From Azolla caroliniana (Eukaryota > Plantae > Polypodiophyta): 64,000 nucleotides of DNA. Under the pieces are notes generated by a model, which worked only from the letters and a program-made list of their open reading frames with translations, searched no databases and was not told the DNA's origin. Positions 51,536 through 64,000 of this stretch are shown here, piece after piece (positions within the stretch are counted from its first letter, which is position 1; the number at the start of each line of letters is the position of its first letter). Location of the stretch: contig JBHGNT010000001.1 of assembly GCA_043228905.1 (NCBI GenBank), forward strand, positions 15,872,001 to 15,936,000. Reading direction: 5' to 3'. The translations under genes and the position numbers were made by a program.

Positions 51536-53522
51536 TATATTAACGTCTTCTAAGGCCAAAATTGGCCCATGAGACAAATGGTTTACAACAAAAATGGGAT
51601 ATTTACCCATTCATCGAAGTAAAAATAAAAATAAGATGAAAAATAGAGTTTAAGCTAAATAGTTCTAAAAAATAACAAACATGTTTTATATAGAAACATG
51701 TTCTACTACAATGAAAATGGTGTTATACAATTGTTATTTTCATTTCCATCCAAGTCTCTCGAAGAGAAGCGGAAGGTCAAAGGGTTGCGATGTGGATGTG
51801 GCCCGTGGTCCCCATGTAAGAGGTACCCCAACCATAGCTTCTAGTCGACGTAGCTCACGTTCCCTTATCTTCTTAATCTTGTCTACTCCACGTTGACTTG
51901 TTTTGAAGCCCAACATTCGAGGGCGTTTCGTTGTTCTTTGCATTTCTGCTTCCTCAAGGGAGAGGCCGAGCGGCGTAAGTGTATCCACATTCATCGTCTC
52001 CCCTTGTTCCTGAAAAATTACACTAGTTACATGGTGATGAATACTAAGAGGGTTATCGTTAGCACTTTGTAATTTATTCTCCCTATGTTGTTTTAGGTCT
52101 AAGATATATCTACCTAGTCTCTTTACATTCGGGGTATCTAATAGTTTGGAGAGGGTGGGAGAGGGTCCTAGTATGTCGTGGTATTCCGCTCGTATCTCGG
52201 CATAAGTTGGGCATTTGCATGTGAAGTGATACTCATCCTCTATCTCTATGTGGCATAACCTACATAACCTTTCCTCTCTAGGGACTCTATTAGCCCGACC
52301 ATTCTCAATCTCAAGTTGGTGAGATGATACTTTATTACGATCTTCGTGAGAGATTAAAGTTTGATCAGTCCCATGGTTGTACTTAAGGGGAGGTAGGTTA
52401 TTAATGTCTATGCCGTTCGCACGGAGCCAACTCACCACGATGCTATACCAAGAGCTAGTGTCGCCAGACACATATAAAGATCGAGACGCCTCAAAGGCTC
52501 GACGGGATATCCTATCTTGTGGTTGGCTATGTATCCGATGAATAAAAACTACCACTTGAAAGAGTGCTTCTACTAACATCGGGGGTAGACTGAACTCAGC
52601 TCTAATAATGTCATGTGGTACTGTCGATTTGCTTCGGAGTTGACGTGATAACATCGTCACTAAAGGTCTCTCTAATTGCGTCCACATGAAAGATGGTAAA
52701 CCTGGAGCCCATACTACTGATGCATACATGAGGGACGGGGTCACTAATGAGTCAAAAAGCCATCCCTTAGTCCGTGGCTCTTGAAAGTATGCCTGATGGC
52801 ATTGTCTCTCTAAGAGTGAGAGGGATGCATACCCTCTCGTTAGCCTATCTTTGGCTGCCTGGGTCATCGAGAATTTACCTGAGCGAGCACTAAAGGTGAC
52901 TCCCAAGTATACATACGATCCCACTACCTCAACTGGTTTATGAGAGAGGATTAGGTGACATTGACTCCTAACTCGGGACGATGTATGAAAGATAAGGACT
53001 TTAGTTTTCGCTAAATTCACTACCAGTCCTCGTTGTGTACAAAAGTCATCCAGGGCATTAAGATGCTTTTGTAGGTCGTGTTCCGACTCTGAGAGCAAGA
53101 CAATGTCGTCTGCGTAGAGTAAGAGACTAACTTGCGTCTCCCCAATAGCTACTCCCTTGCCTCCCTTACGAGCAATAAAATCAGTGATCTCATCAATGTA
53201 GATCCCAAAAAGAGTCGGTGATAGGGGGCAACCCTGTTTTACACCAATGGTGCTAGTGAAACAATCGGATAGGCCACCTGGGCATCTTACACACCCAGAG
53301 ACTTGCTCATATAGGGCATAAATGGCCCAGATCATGTCATCTGGTATCTCCAAGCTCTTAAGTCTATCAAACAACCTTTCCCTAGGAACCGTGTCAAAGG
53401 CCTTGCGAAAGTCCACAAAGCAACAATATAGTTTCTTCTTACGAGCCTTTGTCTGGTCAATTAAGCACCTGAGTGTGAAGATATGGTCAATAGTGGAGAA
53501 GGCTCGTCTAAAGCCAGCTTGC
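51536..53522 (-). mobile_element. 5'-truncated RTEX/RTE-like LINE 1 inserted in (TC)n, with (TTTC)n tail
   Basis: ORF 51740-53416: DFRKAFDTV, VKQGCPLSPTLFG, LLYADD, YVYLG, C-terminal SSHQLEIENGR..RLCRLC..EDEYHFTCKC; flanked on both sides by GA tracts. Clade assignment tentative. Confidence 0.85.
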
Positions 53523-53545
53523 GAGAGAGAGAGAGAGAGAGAGAG

Positions 53546-53599
<54 letters not shown>

Positions 53600-53601
<2 letters not shown>

Positions 53602-55511
53602 TATATTATCGTCTTCGGAGGTCAAATATGACCTATGAGACCAAAAATATTACATTTCACGTGATACGTGTGAAAGTGAGTAGTGACTCTTGATGTTCAA
53701 GAACTTTACCAATGAATGTTGCAATCGAGAGTGCACATTGTGGTTGTGAGAGGAATTCATGCAAAGATTGGGCTTGATCGAAGAGATGTGGAAAGCATGG
53801 TCGAATATGATCAAAGGCAGAGCATTGTATCAAAGTGTGACACTCAAACTCGCGAACTTGTTTAGGGCAAAATGTGCATAGCCGACCACTCTCATCACTT
53901 GTACCCCAACGCCCTGTTTCACATCGCAATGCATGTGAGCTAAGTCGCATGGAAGCAATGGTTCGAATGGAAGATAACGGTATGGGCTCTAACATGTATG
54001 GATGTGTACGATTTCCCCGTTCCGCAAAGAATATGGTTTTGTAGTTAGGTGCAACATGTGTAGTATAATGTGTGAAGCGTGAGCCTCCAAATTTGTCCCA
54101 TGTCATGATACATTGGCATTGCAAAAATGCCTCATTTACAGAGGAATCTAATGATGCATCATGAAGCAAGTGTCTTGCATCCCATCTACCAAACCATTTT
54201 TCTATATCTTGCATCCAACCGGAACACAAAATTTTGCTTTTATGCGTCTTTTGGATCTTTTTGCTTGCTTCCCACGCAATTCTAGGAAGTTGATGTGAGG
54301 GACTTTTTTGAACCTTAAGCATGTATTCAACAACCCTTTCCATGGCCATGATCTCAATGGGAAGCGATCCCGCCTCAAGGAGGAGGAGGGTGTAGGGCGT
54401 TTGTTTCTTAACTTGTAGAAACTTGGTAAGAAAATGCTTTTGGACATTTTCAAACTCTTTCCACATAGATTTAGGGATGCTACCGCCCCATACTTCCATC
54501 CCATAGAGAAGAACCGGTGTCACCAAAGTGTCGAAAAGATATTTCTTGAGGACCCAACACTTAATATCTCCAAGATTGCATGTGTTCTCAAATGCATAGT
54601 ATGCTCGCTTGCCCGCCTCTAAGCGGCGTGTAGCACATTCATTCCATCTATGATTTGAAGGAACTTCAAGGCCAAGATATTTGAAGCTTTCCACACATTC
54701 AAGTGGCTCATTGTTGTACATAATGCATGGTTTATCTCTTTTTTGGCTCTTCACAAGCATAATCTTTGTTTTAGAGCTATTGACACTTAATTTAGTATGC
54801 ACGCAAATTTTTTCCAATGCCTTCATAAGCTTTTGTGCATCTCCTAAAGTATTTGCAAAAAGCACTACATCATCTGCATATAGCAAAAGCATAATCACAA
54901 CATTCCCAATGGCAACTTCTTCAACACATTCTTCCTTTGCAAACTTGGTAACCATTTCTTCCAATTCATCAATGCATAGACCAAATCGTGTTGGTGAGAG
55001 TGGGCATCCTTGCTTAACACCAATAGTGCTTTTGAAAAAATTTGAAAGTTTATCTCTCATGCGCACACAACATATAACCTTCTCATAAATTCGGGAAATT
55101 GCAAGCATATATTCACTTGGCACCTCAAGTTCTTCCATTCGCCTCCAAAGATGCTCACGAGGTACCATATCAAAAGCTTTCTTGAAGTCTACAAAGCAAC
55201 AATATAAACCTTTACCTCTAAGGCGACTTTCCTCCATTAATACTCGAAGGGTGATAAGGTGATCAATGGTGCTATGGTGTTTCCGAAAGCCAGCTTGTCC
55301 ATAAGCTCTCTTACCACTTTTTTCAGCCCATACACTTATCTTTGATTCCATTATACATCCAAATAGTTTTGCCATTAATGAGCCAACCATGATGGTTCGA
55401 TAGTTGTTTACATTATTTATATCTCCACCTTCATGTAAAGGTTTGATCCAATTTGTAGTCCAATCGTACGGCATACCATGTTGCAATGCATCATTAAACA
55501 TATCGCTTATC

Positions 55512-55513
<2 letters not shown>
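53600..55513 (-). mobile_element. 5'-truncated RTEX/RTE-like LINE 2 inserted in (TC)n, with (TCTA)n tail
   Basis: Open frame to 53657: NYRTIMV, QAGFR, VDFKKAFDMV, KQGCPLSP, LLYADD, FKYLG, RLSSHALRCETGRW..CTFC..H..C. Confidence 0.85.
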
Positions 55514-55559
<46 letters not shown>

Positions 55560-55561
<2 letters not shown>

Positions 55562-57875
55562 TGACAACAAGAAGGTTTCTTCACTAGTGATTTCTTTAGT
55601 ACAGGGCAAGAAATGTGCCACCTTCGTATACCAATCAACCACTATTAAGATCGCATTGATGCCCTTCGAATCCAGAAGATCTGTTATAAAATCTAGAGAA
55701 ATAGATTGCCATGGCTTGTTGGGGATGGGTAATGGCTCCAATAAACCATATGAATGATGTCTGGGCTCCAATGGAGTGTCAAAAACCAACGTTGCTTGTA
55801 GTTGCCGGACCTAGGATTACTTGCTTTTGATTATCGAAGGTTGGATCACCAGGACGAGGTGCTAGATATGAGCGTTGTGATAATGCATCTGCCTTCCCTT
55901 GTTGCTTGCATGGACGGTATGTAATCTTGAAGTTGAAACAAGTGAGGAATAGGGCCCATCAAGCTTGTCATCTATTTAATACACGAGCATTCTGGAAGTA
56001 GGCAAGATTCTTGTGATCACTAAATACAATGTCTTGATGAGGAGATCATTCTAAGAAATGCCTCCATTGTGCAAAAGAGTTCACTATTGCTAATAGCTCC
56101 TTATCATGTATCTCGTAGTTGATTTCAGCTGAGTCAAATTTGCATGAGTGGGAAGCTACGGGATGTAGCTTCTCATCATCACCTTGTTGTGACAAAATAC
56201 TACCGAGGGCAAAATCCAATGCTTCTACCTCAATGATAAATGGTTTTTGCGGATCAAAATGAGTTAGAATAGGAGCCGATGTAAATGCTTTCTTGATATC
56301 AACAAAACCCGTGTCCGCATCCTTAGTCCAACCAAATGATTGCCCCTTCTTTGTAAGTTGTGTGAGAGGCAAAATAGGTTATGAGTAGTCCTTTATAAAC
56401 TTACGATAGAAATTTGCGAAACCTAAAAAACATTACACATCTCACAATGAATGTGGAGTCTGCCACTCTAACATAGTTTGGACCTTAGTTGGATCCATAG
56501 AGATTCCTTTCGAGGAGATGGCATAGCCTAGAAATTCCACTTGTTTACAATCAAAACTACACTTCTCTAGTTTTGCAAAAAGACCACGTTATCGTAGTCA
56601 TTTTAGTACTAATAATACATGAAAATCATGCTCCTCTTGTGTCTTTGAATAAACTAGCAGATCATCCAAGTAGATGATCAAACAGATGTCCAAGAGATAT
56701 TGGAATATATCATTTGTCATGTGCTAGAAGACTGTTGGTGCATTGGTGATGTCGAATGGCATAACCATATATTCAAAGTGCCCATATTAGGTGTGGAAAG
56801 TTGTCTTCCATTCGTCTCTCAGTCAGATCCGTACGAGGTTATAGAAGAACTTTGCACCATTAATCCTTTCTAGAAGACTCGAGATCAAAGGAAATGCATA
56901 CCTATTCTTGATGGTGACCTTATTCAAGCCACGGTAATCCACAACTAGGCGAAGTGATCCATCCTTTTTCTTCACAAAGAAGATGGGTGCGTCAGTTGGA
57001 GATTTCAAATGTTGAATGAACCCATTTGCCAAATTTTCCTCTATGTAGGCGTGAAGAACTTCAAGCTCGCTTGGTGAAGCTGTAGATTGGTCCCCACGAT
57101 GGCTCTTTTCATGATAGTAAATCAATAGGACAATCATATGGTCGATGTTGAGGAAAAGTACTACCTTTTACCTTGTCAAAAACGTCAGCATAATGGTGAT
57201 ACTTCTTCAAAAGTTGAATTGTTGACTCCTCCTTACTGATACTGGAGGGTTTCGTTGATGTTGTGAATACAAACACTAGGTCCTTGCGCCCTTCCTCATG
57301 TAATTGATGTAGCGAAATGGTTGAAATTCTTTGAGTAGATTCTTGAGGTTCACAATACCTAATTTCTCTTGTTCTCCAATCGATTTCAAACCATGGTAAT
57401 CCCAAGACAATTGGATGCTCTGGACTACTAATTATATTAAATGATATTTCACACGCCAAAATATCTAGGACAACACGAACAGACTCTGACTCTTCTACGA
57501 TATTTCCAGAAGCAATGGCACGACCATCAATGACTACAACATAAGCTGAGAAAGTAAGCTTTCTTAGGGATATCTGATGAACTTTGGCAAAATTCCTATC
57601 TATGAAGCAAGAATTGGCTCTGGAATCTAAGAGTGCTAAGACATGTACTAGAGGATTACTTGTAGTACTAACTGCTACTTGAGCTAAGAACACCTTGCTA
57701 ACTTGCTTCGAGGGAATGGAACCACTAATGGGCTGCACAGATCCAGTGTTGTCCTACCAAACAACTCCTATTTCGGTTGGGCTTAATCGTTTAACTCTTC
57801 TCCTAGTTGACTAAAGACTTCAAATTTGTTGCATAAACTTGGACTACTAGGATTATCAGACACTCCTAATGAAAT
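55560..57875 (-). mobile_element. Degenerate Tf2/chromovirus-like gypsy (protease, RT, RNase H, integrase start)
   Basis: [59 protein letters not shown]; frameshifted and partly deleted. Confidence 0.88.
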
Positions 57876-59792
57876 TGTTGAGCAGACAAGCTCAACCGTA
57901 TCCGGATCGGCTGAATAAGCCAGAGCCAAATCGGTGTCCGGAACGGAGAACCGGATTGGTGTCCAGATAGGTATCCGGAACCAAAGGCCGGATCGGAGAG
58001 ACGGACCGGATTGGAACCGGTAGGCCGTTAGAGGCCTACGAATCTAGCCTACTACGTATGCATACTTTTGGGAGTTGGTGTTAGTCGCTCGTATGAGCAT
58101 TAAAGTACATGTCAATACTTCTATTAGTCCGTGTAAAGACCTGTATAAAAGTGCTTACTGAGCACATTGTATGTACAAAGTGTTATTATTTTGACTTGAG
58201 TTCATGCTTTCTGCTCTCTATGTCTCTCTTGTGTATCCTAAGCTTCCATCAAAACCTTTCTCTGTTTTTTTTTTTGTTGACCGGATAAACCGGTTTGTCA
58301 AAGCTTCCGCATATTAATGTTGACATGGTATCAACGCGTGAGGGTTAAGAACCCTACATTAGAGATGCAAAGTCATTGAAGGAGGTCTAGGAAAATCTCC
58401 AAAAGATTTTCGCTGCAAGTACCACGGCTCAAAAGTTGCAGGTCCGAGAAGAGCTCAATAGTATCCGGCAATGGGACATGTCGGTTACCGACTACACCAC
58501 CAAGATCAAGGAGATCTGTGACGCGCTCGGTTCCATCAATGTGATGGTGGACGAGGATAAGATGGTCCAGATCTGCCTCTGTGGTCTAGCACAAAGGTAC
58601 GGGCCAATCCGAACAGCAAATTGCACCTGGGAGAAGCCACAGTCCTTCTTCGACCTCCAATCGATGCTGATGATCGAAGAAAACCACGCAAGTGGGTCAA
58701 GGACCACTCAATCCGAAAGCCGGATGCTGTACATGGAGGCGGATCGGCCCCATGGGCGTGGAGGAAGAGGTGGGTCGGCACGCAATAGCGGGACCGACAA
58801 GAGTAGAACCTGCAATTGATGCTGATGATCGAAGAAAACCACGCAAGTGGGTCAAGGACCACTCAATCCGAAAGCTAGATGCTGTACATGGAGGCGGATC
58901 GGCCCCATGGGCGTGGAGGAAGAGGTGGGTCGGCACGCAACAACGGTTCCATCAATGTGATGGTGGACGAGGATAAGATGGTCCAGATCTACCTCGTTGG
59001 TTTAGCACAAAGGTACGGGCCAATCCGGACAGCAAATTGCACCTGGGAGAAGCCACAGTCCTTCTTCGACCTGCAATCGATGTTGATGATCGAAGAAAAC
59101 CACGCAAGTGGGTCAAGGACCACTCAATCCGAAAGCCGAATGCTATACATGGAGGCGGATCGGCCCCATGGGCGTGGAGGAAGAGGTGGGTCGGCACGCA
59201 ATAGTGGAACCGATAAGAGCAGAACTGGAGGCACAGAGATAGTGCCGAGAACAGTTTCGAAAACCGGTAAGACTGGAAAAGTGCCAGCCTTTGTGATGAA
59301 GCATAAGGTGAACTCGATGAAGAGGACCACTTCTAGATCGCGAGAATAAATAATAAATAAGGGGGAGGTACACCCCATAATGTTATGAAAAGAGGAAGTG
59401 TGGTATGTTGACTCCGGAGCATCAAAACACATGTCAAGCCATGAAGAGTGGTTCTCGTTTTTGGAAAAGCCGGAGCAACAAGGAGTTGTCGAAACCGGAG
59501 ATGACACTCCTCACCTGATTGTGCATGTCGGAGAAGTCCCTTTAAGCCATGCCGGACAAAAGGGAAAGTTGATGAATGTACTACATGCTCCTACAATCAC
59601 AAAGAACTTGGTGTCGGTCGAGCGGATCGTTGACTAGGGCATGCAGGTGCGGTTTACGCACCTCGGGTGCTTCATCGAGGAAGAAGGTTGAATAATTGCG
59701 CAAGGGCGTAGGGATGGGAGGATGTTTATCCTCGACACCAACGACGTTGGCACCACAATGTTCACAAAAGGACAAAATGTTGAATCAGATAT
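57876..59792 (+). mobile_element. Copia family B 5' portion (LTR 57876-58325, PBS 58326-58338, gag with internal duplications, protease)
   Basis: TGTTGAG...TTGACA followed by tggtatcaacgcg; DYTTKIKEICDALGSI and WYVDSGASKHM; homologous to the element at 39600-44040. Confidence 0.88.
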
Positions 59793-62398
59793 CGTTGCTC
59801 CCTCCGTCGTAGTGGTCTCCGGTTGACTGGTTCCGGGCTGGCCCTCGGCCGACGACGGTTCCTCATCACTAAGGTTAACCGTTGCCGCTTCCCGTGCTCT
59901 TTCTTCCCGAACCCGGAACTGCTCGTAGCTTTCAAACTGGATTTGAGCGTCCAGCCTATCATCGTCTAGCTGAGCTACGAGTTGCCGGACCTGCGCCAGC
60001 TGTTCATCTGCCAGGACTTGGAAGTCATCGGCTAGCTCGTCCCGTATGGCGGTGAAGTCCTCGGAGGTCAACGTGTAACAATCATCTCCTTTCTTCCGCC
60101 AGTTTGCCACGTCTGCCCGTAGCAATTGGAGTTCCGCCGCGTTTTGTGCCCACTTTGTCCACCATCTTACGGAGCTTTCGTCAATCAAGCGTTTTGTCTG
60201 ATTCAGCCATGCCTGGAGGATGCACTGAATCCGACCTGTTTCCAACTGTGATTTGATCTCCGCAGCTTGCCGTTCCTCCTTCAATTGCTTGATGATTTTG
60301 ACGTTGTCTACCGCCTGCTCCTTGTAATGCGTCAATTGCCTTTGTAATTTTTGCAATACCGTTGACGCTCTCTCCTTTTCTTCCTGCTGCTGCCTCTGGA
60401 GCTCCATCCGGACCTTCTCCGCCTCATCCAACCGTCTTGTATTTTCCGCATGTTCGTCGGCGATCGCCGTTGCGCCTGATCAACTTCCTGCTGGAGTTCG
60501 ACCATCCGTTCCTTATGCTCCATTTCGAGCCGTTTGTAGTCCCGGTGCAGGTGCTCAAAATCATCTGTCTTTTGCTTGAGCCGTGCGTTGATCTGTCGAC
60601 GGGCCCGGTCCTCGCGGTCCTTCTGCTGGCGGAGCTCTTCCTTTAGCCGTTCAATTTCCGTTTCCGCCGTCTTCCGCAACTTGTCCTTTTCCTGTAGCAC
60701 TTTGTCTTTTTCCTCCCTTAGCCGGTCGTACGCTTGATGGCCTTTCCGGAGGCTCTCCTCTGCCCGGCAGAGGTTCTCAACAGTCTTCTTTAATTCGGCT
60801 TCGGCCGCTGTCTTCAATTCCCGTTCACGGCTCCTTAGCGCTTCTTGTGCGGCAAGTTCATCTCTCAATTCCGCAAGCTCCTGGGCTTGCGCCGCATCTC
60901 TCTCTGGAACGGTTTCCGTTGCCGGGGTCTTATTGGTATGTACAGGTTGATCTGTTTCTTTATTCTGTACACTTACCGGAGTCACCGGTGATTGGATCTG
61001 TGTTGCCGTTAAGGCCATTTTGGCCATCTCTGTCGTGACCTGATCCAAGTCTTTTTCAAGGCACCGGATTCTGGATCGGGCCGTCTCTAGTTGTTCGGTT
61101 GTGACGAGCAACCGTTCGCTTTGCGCTCTTTCTTCCGCCTTAATATAGCCCACTGCTCCGGCAATCTGTTCGCCTATCCACCGGAGCCACAGGCTACCGG
61201 TGCCTTGTTGTTGCGTTTGCACGGAGGTTTGACGGATTGGCTCGCTTGTAGGTGGGTGGTTCCGCCTGATTTCGCCAAGTTGCAATTCCGTTTCTGCCCG
61301 TGGACCACCTTGCTATCCTGGTTCCCCTTGCGCTTCTTCTTGGTTGGCCGAGGGAGGCTGCATTGACCTTTCCGGCTCTGGCGGGATAGGACTTGCCGGT
61401 GTTGTCGGTGGTGCAGGGGCTTCTGATTCCGGTGCCATGGGCACCGGTTCCGGTTCCTCCCTTGGCGTGTGAGTCTCAATATGGGGAGTCGGTGTTCCCT
61501 CCGTCTGAGGGTCCGAACGTTTGCCGGTTGCCTCAACGATCCTTGCCGACGACCGTCATTGGAGGTGCTCCGTAGGCTCCTCCTCTATTTCCTGTTCCTG
61601 AGTCCTGACATTGAGTTTTGCCGCCAAGGGGTCCGCTTCTCTATTCACCGGTCGACGGAGTGTAACCTTTTCGGGCCGTACCGGTGGTTCCTCCTGCGCA
61701 TCCATTGGCCGCTTCCGGCTGGCGCTCTCCTTTCCCGCATGTTCTGCGTCTGCCGCCTTCCCCTTAGTGGCCTTAGAGGCCAACGACTGTTGTCTTTTGG
61801 AAGTAGTTTTTGGGGTGCCGTCCGCCACTCTTCCCCGCTTCTTGGGCTGGACGGGCTGGACGGGTGGCACAAGCAAGGTGAGCCACTGCGTTACGGCATG
61901 CCATATCCTCCGTCCCTCTCGGCCTTCTTTGCCGTCTTTGCCTTTGACGATCTCGATCGCCGCACACAAACCGTCTGCGATCAATACCGGCCAATCCACC
62001 TTGATCCCTTCATAGGTGGCGATGATCATCCCTGCCCGGTTCTGCGGCATGACAGGGGGTCTAGGGTACACATGGCCGTATTCATGGAGCACACGAGGAA
62101 TCTCGCGGAACAACATATCTCCGCTGCCCTGTGTCCGGTAGCCCTTGATGGCTAGGGAGTACTCACCAAAATACTTGATCAGTTGCTCCGAGTTCGGATT
62201 GTCAATCGTGAGTATGCCTCCCTCCGGAAGGCCTGTTAACGCTCGGATCGCCTCCGCCGTTATGACCTCTGTGTCGATTTCTTTGATCACCTTGTCGGCT
62301 TCTTTGTGTGGCGGTACCTCCATAATCATCAAGAAGCCCTCGAGCCCGTTTTGCTTTAGCCATTTCTTGGCGGCTTCCGACAGCGTTTGCGGGTCCAT
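59793..62398 (-). pseudogene. Extra ORF downstream of gypsy pol: globular N-terminus, Pro/Glu linker, long coiled coil
   Basis: ORFs 61556-62698 and 60332-61285 share a frame with two intervening stops; a frameshift near 60430 leads into 59634-60431; E/K/R/Q-rich heptad character. Confidence 0.7.
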
Positions 62399-62782
62399 GT
62401 CTGTGTCGAGGTCGGATTGTGGTGGCGAGGTTGGATGGTGATGAGAGTGAGATTGAGAGAGAGAGAGTTCAGAAAGCGGGGGTTCTTTGTGCGTAGGTTC
62501 TCGTCTGATGATCTTGCAGCGCCTTGGTGCTTCTGTGCTCCTGGGTTCGCGAAAGTAGAGGGTCTCCACGCGCAGTGGTTTTTCTTTGTGCATTCTGGCG
62601 CCTTTTTCGAGTGTGTGCATGTCGTGTACCAAAATAGCATTATGTCCTGTGGTGGCGCTTAAATGCCCACTACGTACCTTTTCGCTCGTCGCTCCCATTC
62701 ATACCTCGCTTTTGCATAATTACTTTTTCCCTTTTATTTCTTATTTCTTTTTTTTTGTGGTAAATTTTAATGTGGTGCTAGG

Positions 62783-64000
62783 TTAGTTGTCCGGTGGTCC
62801 TATCGGACCCTTACTCGGCTCCTTATGGTTTGCCGTTGCCTCATTCTCCCCTGTTACCGGCATGCCGTCTCCTCCGTCTTGGTGATTGCCGTTCCCCTCA
62901 CAGGTTGTCGTTTCCTCACCGGTATCGGTCCTTTGCTCAAATGGGTTCTTAGGCATCGGTCCTCTATATGGCTTCAATCGGAATCCGTTGACCCATTTGC
63001 CTAGCACTTCGCCAGCAAGTGTCACTAACTGGTAGGACCCATTATACTCACGTGTCAGCCAATACGGGCCGGTCCATCTAAACCGTAGTTTTCTCGGCAT
63101 CTTGCCCATCCGGGTCTGAAATACTAACACCTGTTTGCCGATTGCGAACATTTTTTCATTTCCTTTCCTGTGCCGGTCGACAAATGCTTTCCGTCGCCGT
63201 TGTTCCAATTCTAAGTGTAGGATGCTTGCCAGTCGTTGTTCCTCAAGTTCACACACCGCTGTTAACCGTATTGCCTCCGACTCCTTCTCGTTCAGCCGTT
63301 CCCGTAGCTGGATCCGTAATCTGGGTACTTGGAATTCCACCGGCATTACCGCCTCTAGCCCGAACGCTAACCGGAACGGTGTTGTTCGGATGCTCGTTTT
63401 ATATGCCGTCCGGTATGCCCAAAGCGCGCTCTGTAGCTTGGTATCCCAATCCGTTCAGTTTTCGTTGATGATCTTCTGGAGGATCTTCTGGAGCGTTTTG
63501 TTCGTCGATTAAGCTAACCCGTTTGCTTGCGGATAGTATGGTGTGCTCCGTTTGTGGACAACGGCATAGAATGTCGTCAGGCTTTCAACTACTTGGCTGA
63601 GAAAGTGCCCCCCTTGGTCGCTTATTAATTCGATTGGGCATCCATAACGGCACCAGATGTAGTCGTATAGAAATTTTGCCGTTGACGCAACGATGTTGTC
63701 TCTTAATGCTTTGGCCTCCACCCATTTCGTGCAGTAATCCATCGCGACGATGACGTACCGATTACCTGTTCTCATTGCCGGTGGTTTGAACGGTCCAACA
63801 AAGTCCAACCCCCACTTCTGGAATCGCTCGAGTGGTAGTACCGGCTGGTGTGGCATACGAGCCTGCTCCGTTGGCTGGCCCATTCGATGGCATAGGTCAC
63901 ATTCTTTTGCGTACCGTACCGCATCTCTTAATGTCATTGGCGACCATAGGCCACTTTGCCATATTTTCCTGGCCGTCGCATCTCCGGCATAGTGACCTCC
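62783..64000 (-). mobile_element. Ty3/gypsy integrase (Athila/Tat-like layout), continuing beyond the window
   Basis: CDLCHR, KWGLDFVGP, DYCTKWVEAKAL, ISDQG, YYPQANGLA, RWTGPY, VNGFRLKPY; stops and frameshifts present. Confidence 0.93.

Overview
Repeat-dense plant nuclear DNA, probably a fern or other non-flowering vascular plant (inferred from TE types and the psaA variant; not verified). Most of the window is nested, decaying transposable elements: Ty1/copia copies from at least two families, three Ty3/gypsy elements, L1/Tx1-like and RTEX/RTE-like LINEs, and a hAT DNA transposon with a perfect 8-bp TSD. The one clear host gene is a STERILE APETALA (SAP)-like F-box/WD40 gene on the minus strand (18467-20141, two visible exons, no in-frame ATG). 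Notable structures: (1) a candidate -1 frameshift signal (G_GAT_TTT_TAG) and tRNA-Trp PBS in a gypsy element; (2) strong CCGG enrichment across unrelated LTR elements; (3) two LINEs stacked in a (TC)n microsatellite that share a covarying 3' hairpin; (4) an L1 with about 1.9 kb of extra 3' sequence inside its 17-bp TSD; (5) a plastid psaA fragment replacing a copia integrase; (6) a 7 x 410-bp gag-derived tandem array with a hint of 3-unit higher-order structure; (7) a reconstructed ~870-codon extra ORF downstream of a gypsy integrase. All calls were made by eye; no database searches were run.
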